DNA of 64,000 nt from Dehalococcoidia bacterium (GTDB taxonomy: Bacteria > Chloroflexota > Dehalococcoidia > Lucifugimonadales > G958296245), in contig CBDHEI010000002.1 of NCBI GenBank assembly GCA_965262055.1, forward strand, positions 3,156,347 through 3,220,346. The letters are read 5' to 3'. Each line of letters starts with the position of its first letter. Position 1 is the stretch's first letter. The translations under genes were made by a program, and so were the position numbers. Under the pieces are notes generated by a model that saw only the letters and a program-made list of their open reading frames with translations, had not been told where the DNA came from and did not search any database. This document shows positions 17,004 through 24,400 of this stretch, one piece after another.

Positions 17004-17148
17004 CAGGTACCTCCTATGGACGGGCTGCCATTCTAGGATCTGGCCAGTTGCAAAGTCAACGCGAGCGCCGAGCATCGACCACGCGTAGGGCGCATCTAAG
17101 GGATAAGCAGCTAATGTATAGCTACACGAGCACTAGGGAAAGAGGGCA

Positions 17149-17954
17149 GTGAACCGTCTACGCCTTGCCTGGGCCGGTGTAGCGGCTGCTGTGCTGATAG
17201 GGGTGGCGGTGCTGATTGCCGTCGCGCTGAACGTCGGGCGGACGAGCCCGGAGCGAGATGCGGCTGGTCCGGCAGTCTCGGGCGACGCGACGTCTCCACA
17301 GACAGAAGCTTCTTCGGAAGCCGCGCGGGGCGAGACGCAGGAACCGTCGACAGCAGCGACGGACACGGAGAGTGCGGACGCTTCGGGTACGGTCTCCCCC
17401 GGAGACGACGAGGAGGTCGTGCTAACGGACCCGCTGGGAGGGGTCGGGATGGACCCCTCTGTGGCGGAGGCGTTCCCGGACTTTGCGCGGGTACTGGGTA
17501 AGGACGACATTCTCCCGATCTACGACCCGGTACTGGTCCGCGCCGAGGAGGCGGGCCTGCAGGACGATGACCACGTGATGGGGCTGGCGATAGACGGGGA
17601 GGCCAGGGCCTACCCTGTGAGGGAGCTCTTCTCGCGGGAGATGGTCAACGATGAGGTTGCGGGCGTGCCAGTGCTGGTCACGTGGTGACCGATCTGCAAC
17701 ACCGGTCTCGTGCACGACCGGCGGATCGAAGGCAAGGCCCACGTGTTCGGGAACTTCGGGAAGCTGTACCTGAAGGCGATGACGTGGTGGGACCACGAGA
17801 CCGGCAGCGTCTGGTCGCAACCCTTGGGGCAGGCGCTCAAGGGTCCCTACAAAGGAACACGGCTGGAGATGATCCCGGTGGCGGTACTGCCCTGGAAGTC
17901 ATGGAGGAACGAGCACCCCGACACCTTGGTGTTGAAGGTGGACAACCCTTTCGA
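17149..17954 (+). pseudogene. DUF3179-domain protein, 5' part (split by IS; in-frame TGA at the first Cys of the CxxC motif)
   Basis: An N-terminal TM helix is followed by GLAIDGEARAYPVRELFSREMVNDEVAGVPVLVTW-TGA-PICNTGLVHDRRIEGKAHVFGNFGKLY...SVWSQPLGQALKGPYKG. The family motif as I recall it is VTYCPLC. The reading frame continues after the IS at 19645. Confidence 0.75.
17690..17728 (+). other. SECIS-like stem-loop immediately 3' of the in-frame TGA
   Basis: The lower stem is CGATC (17690-94) paired with GATCG (17724-28). The upper stem is CCGGTC (17702-07) paired with GACCGG (17716-21). The 8-nt apical loop TCGTGCAC has GU at positions 25-26 counted from the U of UGA. Confidence 0.3.
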
Positions 17955-19637
17955 ACCTGTCTCACAAAGGGTTGTTGGTGGTGATGGGGAGCACTGCATT
18001 GGTTGGTCGGATCCGCTGGGGGCCGGGTTGGCGTGTCATGGCAGTCCGTGTGCGGGGAGGATGGCGGTCTGGCGCTCCTGGCATCCCCAGATTCGGGCCG
18101 AAGTTGCCGTCCAAGAGGTACGTCCGTGACGCCACATGTCCGCCCCGGCCCGCCAGATGCGCCAGAGGGTGCGCAGGTTGAAGGCCGTGGCCAGCAGCGT
18201 CCATTCGGCCGCGACATTGGCGATGCCGCGCAGCAGGAACCTGCGGCCTGCCTGCTGGTCTTTGATGATCCCGAAGACCGGCTCGATCAGCCCTTGCCTG
18301 CGCTCATAGGACCGGCTCGCCTCCTCGGTCGACATCCACTCACGGTGGACACGCAGCGCAGCATCGTGAGGCCCTATCTCCAGTGCGCGACCATAACGAG
18401 CGTCCTTCGTACAGGTCCCGAAGGCAGGACACGCCCGGCAGACGGCGCCGGAGGCCCGGTACCGCCGCATCGGCACCCCATGATTGCGCTTGATGCGTAT
18501 GAAGCGCAACGCCTGACCCTGGGGGCATCTATAGCTGTCGCTGCTCTCGTCGTAGGTGAATCGGTCCTTGTGGTACGGACGCCGCAGCGCACGGCGCTGG
18601 GACTCTGGCATCGCCACCCGCTGGCCCCTGCTGGCGCACTCCTCCAGCGCCTGCCCCGAATGGTAGCCCGCATCGGCCAACGTCATGTCCGCCCTGGCGC
18701 CCGTATTGTCCTCGGCCTTGTCCAGCATCGGAGTCAACTGGCCGTGGTCGTCCGGTTCGTCCACCACCTCGACCGCCGTGATCAGCATGCCTGCACGCTG
18801 TCCGTCGGCAGTCCGTGCGGGCGAGGCCATCGCCTGCGCGTTGTAGCCGGGCATGACGCCCTGGCGTGTCTTCATCAGACGAGCCTCTCGGTCGGTCAGG
18901 TTGATGCGCCGTCCCTCCTCGTTCGAAAGATCGTCCATCGCCTGGCGCACCTGCTCTCTCAGGACCCTGTTGTCGTACAACTCCTGCGGCAACTGGGCGG
19001 TTGGAGCATCCTCTCCCGATTCGTTCTGGGACTCCAGGTCGCTTATCGCACGCTCAAGCCGCTCCAAGAGCCGCCGCAGTCCCTCCGCATCGTATGTCCT
19101 GGCCTTCGATGCGTTGGCTCCAACCTTCGTCCCGTCCACCGCCTGCAACGCCAGGTCCACCAACTCCATCTTCACCGCCATCCGAACCGTACGCTTGAAC
19201 AGCCTCCTCATCGCCTGGCGGTGGCTCTTGTAGAACCTCCAGAGTGTGTTGTGGTCCGGATATTGCACGCACGTCAACCACAGGTACGGTATCTGGTCCC
19301 GGCAGGCCGCCTCCAACTTGCGGCACGAGCGCACTCCGGTCATGAAGCCGTACAGCCACACGCTCAACAGCGCTCGAGGATGGTACGAAGGAGGCCCAAG
19401 ATCACCTCCGTCTATTTCCACCCCAAGCTCCGCCCAGTCCTCTCGGTCGAGTGCGTCCACCACCTCGGCCACGAACCGCGAAGGGTGCTCGGCAGGGATC
19501 AGGTCGCCCAGGCTCGGAGGCATCAGCCACATCTGTTCTCGGTCCATCGCTCGCAGCGGCATCCATCTCTCCATCGCGGCCAGGATGGCCACAACTATAT
19601 TCTTCCATACCCCACTGCACGACTTATGAGACAGGCT
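17955..19637 (-). mobile_element. IS1182-family insertion sequence (~1.68 kb)
   Basis: The imperfect terminal inverted repeats are acCTGTCTCAcaa at the left end and ttaTGAGACAGgct at the right end. It is flanked by the 7-bp direct repeat CTTTCGA (17948-54 and 19638-44). Removing it restores the DUF3179 reading frame. End positions are +/-2 nt. Confidence 0.8.
18036..19592 (-). CDS. IS1182-family (IS5-like DDE) transposase
   Basis: The 518-aa product has LMPPSLGDLIPAEHPSRFVAEVVDALD (DUF772-like N-terminus), a DDE core, and RCPQGQ...CRACPAFGTCT near the C-terminus. Confidence 0.85.
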   Translation of the reverse strand: MAILAAMERWMPLRAMDREQMWLMPPSLGDLIPAEHPSRFVAEVVDALDREDWAELGVEIDGGDLGPPSYHPRALLSVWLYGFMTGVRSCRKLEAACRDQIPYLWLTCVQYPDHNTLWRFYKSHRQAMRRLFKRTVRMAVKMELVDLALQAVDGTKVGANASKARTYDAEGLRRLLERLERAISDLESQNESGEDAPTAQLPQELYDNRVLREQVRQAMDDLSNEEGRRINLTDREARLMKTRQGVMPGYNAQAMASPARTADGQRAGMLITAVEVVDEPDDHGQLTPMLDKAEDNTGARADMTLADAGYHSGQALEECASRGQRVAMPESQRRALRRPYHKDRFTYDESSDSYRCPQGQALRFIRIKRNHGVPMRRYRASGAVCRACPAFGTCTKDARYGRALEIGPHDAALRVHREWMSTEEASRSYERRQGLIEPVFGIIKDQQAGRRFLLRGIANVAAEWTLLATAFNLRTLWRIWRAGADMWRHGRTSWTATSARIWGCQERQTAILPAHGLP

Positions 19638-19644
19638 CTTTCGA

Positions 19645-20035
19645 GTTGACCTACGATCCGTTCGAGTTCACCCAGGACATCTACGTGCTTGGGGTCTCGC
19701 TGGGTGAGGACGCCAAAGCGTACCCCTGGCCGGCGGTCAGCGCCGAGGTAGCGGTGAACGACCGGCTTGGGGAAGTGCCACTGCTGGTATACGCCAACTC
19801 CGAAACGAGGGCGGCACACATCTACGTGAGGCGCGCCGGGGGCAGGGAGCTGGAGTTCGTCTGGCGCGATGGGGCGCTCACCGACGTGGAGACGGGCTCG
19901 ACCTGGGACCCCGGAACCGGGAGCGCGGTCAAGGGAGAGCTTCGCGGCGAGGTGTTGAAGCAGGTGCCGTACGCGACTGCCTTCGACTGGGCGTGGGCCG
20001 ACTTCTACCCCGACACGGCGGTATACGGCCAGTAG
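19645..20035 (+). pseudogene. DUF3179-domain protein, 3' part
   Basis: LTYDPFEFTQDIYVLGVSLGEDAKAYPW...TGSTWDPGTGSAVKGELRGEVLKQVPYATAFDWAWADFYPDTAVYGQ is the typical C-terminal half of DUF3179. Confidence 0.75.
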
Positions 20036-20050
20036 CCAGGGGCGCTACAG

Positions 20051-20260
20051 CTACCTCCTTCGCACCTCTGGGAAGGTGTAGCCGTGCCTGGGCACCCAGT
20101 AGCTCAGCCATAACTGTTCGCAGTCGGGGCTGTGGAATACACGACGCTGTCCCTGGTGCTCCGACACCCACTGCCGACGCGGGATCATCTGGCCGCAGAA
20201 CTCGCAGTTCTGCACCTTCGTCTCCCACCAGTCCAGATCGAGAAGCTCCCAAGAGCCCAC
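20051..20260 (-). CDS. small Cys/His-rich (zinc-ribbon-like) protein coupled to hyuB
   Basis: The 69-aa product contains NCEFCGQ...FHSPDC. A strong SD (gaggaggg) precedes it, and it begins 10 nt after the hyuB stop. Confidence 0.6.
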   Translation of the reverse strand: MGSWELLDLDWWETKVQNCEFCGQMIPRRQWVSEHQGQRRVFHSPDCEQLWLSYWVPRHGYTFPEVRRR

Positions 20261-20270
20261 GTATCCCTCC

Positions 20271-22046
20271 TCAGCGGCCTCTGAGCCGGGCGGTCTCTTC
20301 GTGGTCGATGGCCAGGCGTCTGTCTACACGCTCTACCCCGACGTCATAGAGGTCTCTGGCTGCCTGCGCTGAAATGAACCCCTGGCTGACGTCGTCCAAC
20401 ACCCTGTTGACCTCGCGCTCGGGGGTGGGGCCAAAGCCTCCGCCGCCCGGGGACTCGATCAGCACCTGGTCCCCCGCCTCGACGACGCAGTTGGCAAACT
20501 TGGCGGCGCTCACCGTGCCGTAGACTTCGGAGAAGGTCCTGAACCTGTCGTCGCCCTTCTTCTTGACGAGCACAGCCGCGTTGCCCCCGGACCCTCCACC
20601 GAACAGCCCCCAAGGGTTGACGCTCACCCGCTCAAAGACCGCGCTGACGGTGATTTTGGCAGGTTCTACAACCTCCAGGACGCGCCGGATCCCGAGACCG
20701 CCACGGTACCGGCCCGGCCCCGCAGAGTCCTGGACGAGCTCGTAGGAGATGGTGCGCCACGGGTAACGGGAGTCGAACACCTCAACGGGTGTGTTGCGGC
20801 AGTTGCCATTGGGTACCACAACAGCGTTGTTGCCGTCCCGGCTGGCGCTTCCGCCCCAGCCGCAGCCCTCGAAGTTGTAGACCACGTAGTACTCTCCGGT
20901 CTCCGGGTGCTCGCCGCCGAACAGGAAGTTGCAGGAGGACCCTCCCTCTGCGGCGGCCACCCGGTCGGGCACCGCCTGGCTGAGGGCGCCTAACACTATG
21001 TCGACGATCCTGGGGTGGGTCTCTGTATTGCCGCCGACCGATGGGCCAGGGTGCTGGACGTTTACCACGCTGCCCGGCGGGGCGATGATCTTGATGGGGC
21101 GGTAGGCGCCCGAGTTGTGCGGAATCTCCTTGTCGGTGGCGTGGAAGATGCCGTTGTAGGTGGCTGAAGCCGTGACCCCGTAGGTGCAGTTGATGATGCC
21201 CTGGGCTTGGGCATCCGAGGCGCTGTAGTCCGCTATGAGCTCGTCTCCCCGTACGACGAGGTTGAGGCGTATCCAGGTCGGGTCGTTGGTTACGCCGTCG
21301 TCCTCTACGCAGTCCTCGAAGTAGTAGTCGCCGTTGGGGATGCGGCGTATCTCCTCCCGCATCCAGCGTTCGGCATGGTCCATGAGCTCCTCGTTGGCCT
21401 GGTTGACGAAGTCGACGCCATACCTGTCCAGCAAGTCTTTCAGGCGCTCCTCGGCAACGTGGAGCGACCCGATCATGGCATGGAAGTCGCCCCAGGTATG
21501 GGAAGGCGTGCGGTGGTTGGTGAGGATCACCTTCCAGACATCTTTGGCATACTCGCCCCGGCGCATGATTTTGACCAGCGGAAGGCGCAGTCCCTCCTGG
21601 TAGACCTCGGTGGCGGTGGCGGCGAACGATCCCGGCGCCATGCCTCCGATCTCGGCGACGTGTCCGATGTTCGCAACGAAGCCGAAGATCTCTCCTTCGT
21701 GGTAGACGGCCTTGATCACGGCGTGCTCCGGCATGTGGCAGCCACCGCGGTACGGGTCGTTGTGAATAACGACGTCGCCCGGCTCGAAGTTCTCCAGCCC
21801 GTACTCCTCGATGGCCCACTTGATGGTGTAGAGGATTGCCCCGAGCTGGGCTGGGCAGAACTCCGCCTGCGCGATCATGTCGCCGTTGCGGTTGAAGATC
21901 ACGCACGAGAAGTCGAGGCCCTCGTTGAAGATGGTCGAGTAGGAGGTCTTCATCATGGCGATACCCATCTCGCGGCAGATGTTGACCAGCTTGTTGTGGA
22001 GTACGCTCAGCGTGACTTGGTCTATGGCGGGTCCGTCGTGCGCGAT
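20271..22046 (-). CDS. hyuB: hydantoinase B / oxoprolinase family protein (HyuB-like); N-terminus extended to a non-canonical ATC start
   Basis: The ORF track starts at 21968 (MGIAMMKTSYSTIFNEGLDFSCVIF). The same frame stays open upstream and encodes the family-typical AHDGPAIDQVTLSVLHNKLVNICRE. AGGAGG lies 6 nt before an ATC at 22046-22044. No ATG, GTG or TTG is available in frame. Confidence 0.7.
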   Translation of the reverse strand: MAHDGPAIDQVTLSVLHNKLVNICREMGIAMMKTSYSTIFNEGLDFSCVIFNRNGDMIAQAEFCPAQLGAILYTIKWAIEEYGLENFEPGDVVIHNDPYRGGCHMPEHAVIKAVYHEGEIFGFVANIGHVAEIGGMAPGSFAATATEVYQEGLRLPLVKIMRRGEYAKDVWKVILTNHRTPSHTWGDFHAMIGSLHVAEERLKDLLDRYGVDFVNQANEELMDHAERWMREEIRRIPNGDYYFEDCVEDDGVTNDPTWIRLNLVVRGDELIADYSASDAQAQGIINCTYGVTASATYNGIFHATDKEIPHNSGAYRPIKIIAPPGSVVNVQHPGPSVGGNTETHPRIVDIVLGALSQAVPDRVAAAEGGSSCNFLFGGEHPETGEYYVVYNFEGCGWGGSASRDGNNAVVVPNGNCRNTPVEVFDSRYPWRTISYELVQDSAGPGRYRGGLGIRRVLEVVEPAKITVSAVFERVSVNPWGLFGGGSGGNAAVLVKKKGDDRFRTFSEVYGTVSAAKFANCVVEAGDQVLIESPGGGGFGPTPEREVNRVLDDVSQGFISAQAARDLYDVGVERVDRRLAIDHEETARLRGR

Positions 22047-22057
22047 GTCTTGCCTCC

Positions 22058-22200
22058 TACCAGGCTGCGGAAGAACACTCCCAGACCTTCCTTCGGGCGC
22101 TCCCCTTTCAGGAAGATAGAAAGAGATTATATCTGAGGGACACCCTCAGACTCCCGGCAAAGGGGCTCTGCCCCTCTGCACTCCCTGTTCTTCAGTAGCC
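22058..22200 (-). repeat. copy B of the hairpin-rich intercistronic repeat (between hyuA and hyuB)
   Basis: ctgagggacaccctcagactcccggcaaaggggctctgcccctctgcac plus shared flanks. The ends form an imperfect inverted repeat (GCTGCGGAAGAACA / TGTTCTTCAGTAGC). Confidence 0.8.
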
Positions 22201-22203
22201 CTC

Positions 22204-24237
22204 CTAGTCTATGATTACTATTCCGCGGTCGGTGACGGTGAGCCGCCTCTCAGCCGGTAGGGCGACGGTCGAGTCGGCGTCGTCGATCACGGCCGGCCCC
22301 TGGATGACGCTGCCCGGCGCAAGCTCGTGCCTGAAGTATACGGGACAGTCCCGGGCGCCTTCCTGGCCCAGGTGTACAGGGCGTAACGCGGGGGTCGCTC
22401 CCTTTCCAGGGGCGCCGCGCCACAGGGGCAGGCGCACCTTCGGGACCGCTCCTATGACGCTGACGTTGAAGTGGATGAGCTCAATTACTTCGCCGGGCAT
22501 CTCGTAGCCGTAGAAGCCCTGGTGCTGGCGATGAAAGCGGCCGAAGACGTCATGGATGGCGGCTTTGGTGATGCGCCCCGGAGGCACCGACACGTCCTGC
22601 TCGTAGTTCTGGCCCATGTAGCGCATGCTGATGGACCGCTGTACGAGCGGCTCGCCGTCGAAGCCCTCAGAGGCAAGGTCCTCAAGCGCGGACATGGTGA
22701 GGGACTCGAAGCGCTCGTCGATTCGGTCTACGTCCAGGGCGTTGGAGCGGTACGCGTGTGTCCACGAGCGGTCGACCCGGAGGTCGGCCACCAGGGTCCC
22801 GAAAGCGGATGCGAGGCCGGCGTTGGGCGGTATGATCACGCGCCCGATGCCGACCGCGTCGGCCAAGGCGACGGCGTGAAGCGGCCCGGCTCCTCCCATG
22901 GCTACCAGATCGAGGTCCCTGGGGTCGATACCGCGCTCCACCGTCACTAGCCTTATGGCGTCGGCCATGTTCTCGTTGGCAAGCCGCACGATAGACAGCG
23001 CGACTTCCTCAACCCCAGTACCCAGTCTCTCGGCCACGCGGCCCAGGGCCTTGACCGCCTTGTCGTGGTCCAGCTTCATGCGGCCGCCCAGGAAGTAGTC
23101 GGGATTGAGCCAGCCGAGCACGAGGTTTGCGTCGGTGACCGTGGCGTCTGTGCCCCCAGCGCCGTAGCAGGCCGGGCCAGGCTCAGCGCCCGCGCTCTGC
23201 GGGCCGACCTTGAGGAAGCCGCCTTTGTCGATCCAGGCGATGGAGCCGCCGCCCGCCCCTATGGTGGTCACGTCGATGAAGGGGGTAGCGACCGGGAGTC
23301 CCCACTCGACCTGGTACTCGGTCGTGAAGCCGTACTCTCCGTCGACAACAAGTCCGACGTCCGTGCTGGTTCCGCCCATGTCCAGCGTTACCACACTGCG
23401 GCTGTCGACCAGATCTCCGAAGTAGCGTCCGGCGATGACTCCACCGGCGAGACCTGACAGGAGAAGCTGAACGGGATATTCACGGGCGGAAGCGGCGACC
23501 ATCTGGCCACCGTTGGACTTCATCAGCTGAAGCGGCACCTTCAGGCCCCGTTCCTTGAGACCCGCGTCGACATCGCCCGCAAAGCCGGCCACAAGGTGCT
23601 TGACGTAGGCGTCGGCCAGGGTAGTGGTGCCACGCTCGTACTCTCTCCACACGGGGGCGACGCGGTGGGAGAGCGACACGGGCAGGTGCGGGAACTCGTC
23701 CCGGAGGAATTGGCCTAGCCTCTGTTCGTGCTCGTGATGGGCATAGCTGAACAGGAGGTTGACGGCTAGGGCAATGGGGCCCTGCGTTTCGGCCACGCGG
23801 ATACGAACGACGGAGGCGATGCGCGCGAGCTCGGCGTCCGCGAGCGGGGCCAGGACACTCCCGTCTTTGGATATGCGCTCGTTTACCCCGATGCAGTCCC
23901 GGCGCTGGGCGAAGGGGGCGGGTTTGATCCAGGAGAGGTCGTAGTGGTGGCGACGGTTTATGCGCTGGATGAAGGGGACATCTTCGAACCCCTTCGTGGT
24001 CAGGTAGAGCACCCTCGCGCCCGACCTCTGGTGGAGGGCGTTGATGGCTATGGTTGTCCCGAGGACGAGGTAGGAGATGCCTTCCGGGCCTATGCCCGAG
24101 GCCTCCAACGCGTCGAATACGCCCTCATGGGGGACTCGCGGCGTCGATGGCCGCTTGGCGACCAGTATCTGGTCACCATCGTGGTCGATGGCCACCAGGT
24201 CGGTGAAGGTGCCTCCCGTGTCGATTCCCACACGCAT
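22204..24237 (-). CDS. hyuA: hydantoinase A / oxoprolinase family protein (HyuA-like, ATP-dependent)
   Basis: MRVGIDTGGTFTDLVAIDHDG... is the actin-like ATPase N-terminus. ORF 22204..24282 was trimmed to the ATG at 24237 because the 15 upstream codons fall inside repeat copy C. Confidence 0.85.
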   Translation of the reverse strand: MRVGIDTGGTFTDLVAIDHDGDQILVAKRPSTPRVPHEGVFDALEASGIGPEGISYLVLGTTIAINALHQRSGARVLYLTTKGFEDVPFIQRINRRHHYDLSWIKPAPFAQRRDCIGVNERISKDGSVLAPLADAELARIASVVRIRVAETQGPIALAVNLLFSYAHHEHEQRLGQFLRDEFPHLPVSLSHRVAPVWREYERGTTTLADAYVKHLVAGFAGDVDAGLKERGLKVPLQLMKSNGGQMVAASAREYPVQLLLSGLAGGVIAGRYFGDLVDSRSVVTLDMGGTSTDVGLVVDGEYGFTTEYQVEWGLPVATPFIDVTTIGAGGGSIAWIDKGGFLKVGPQSAGAEPGPACYGAGGTDATVTDANLVLGWLNPDYFLGGRMKLDHDKAVKALGRVAERLGTGVEEVALSIVRLANENMADAIRLVTVERGIDPRDLDLVAMGGAGPLHAVALADAVGIGRVIIPPNAGLASAFGTLVADLRVDRSWTHAYRSNALDVDRIDERFESLTMSALEDLASEGFDGEPLVQRSISMRYMGQNYEQDVSVPPGRITKAAIHDVFGRFHRQHQGFYGYEMPGEVIELIHFNVSVIGAVPKVRLPLWRGAPGKGATPALRPVHLGQEGARDCPVYFRHELAPGSVIQGPAVIDDADSTVALPAERRLTVTDRGIVIID

Positions 24238-24255
24238 GACATGACCGCCTAGACC

Positions 24256-24398
24256 CACCAGGCTGAGGAAGAACTCTTCCACATCTTCTTCTGGGCTCTT
24301 CCCTGTTCCCAGGGAAGAGAGGAATTATATCTGAGGGACACCCTCAGACTCCCGGCAAAGAGGCTTCGCCCCTCTGCACACCCCGTTTTTCAGCAGCA
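24256..24398 (-). repeat. copy C of the hairpin-rich intercistronic repeat (between the P-loop-like gene and hyuA)
   Basis: ctgagggacaccctcagactcccggcaaagaggcttcgcccctctgcac, plus a perfect 10-bp hairpin CTCTTCCCTG-ttcc-CAGGGAAGAG (24296-24319). Confidence 0.8.
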
Positions 24399-24400
24399 CC

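Noticed and set aside
18003-19649. 548-aa plus-strand ORF inside the IS1182-family element
   Set aside because: It is antisense to a transposase with clear family motifs and has a low-complexity R/P/L/H-rich composition. It is a typical shadow ORF of high-GC DNA.
24238-24282. 15-codon N-terminal extension of hyuA (MEEFFLSLVGLGGHV)
   Set aside because: It lies inside repeat copy C. The family-typical N-terminus MRVGIDTGGTFTD starts at the ATG at 24237.
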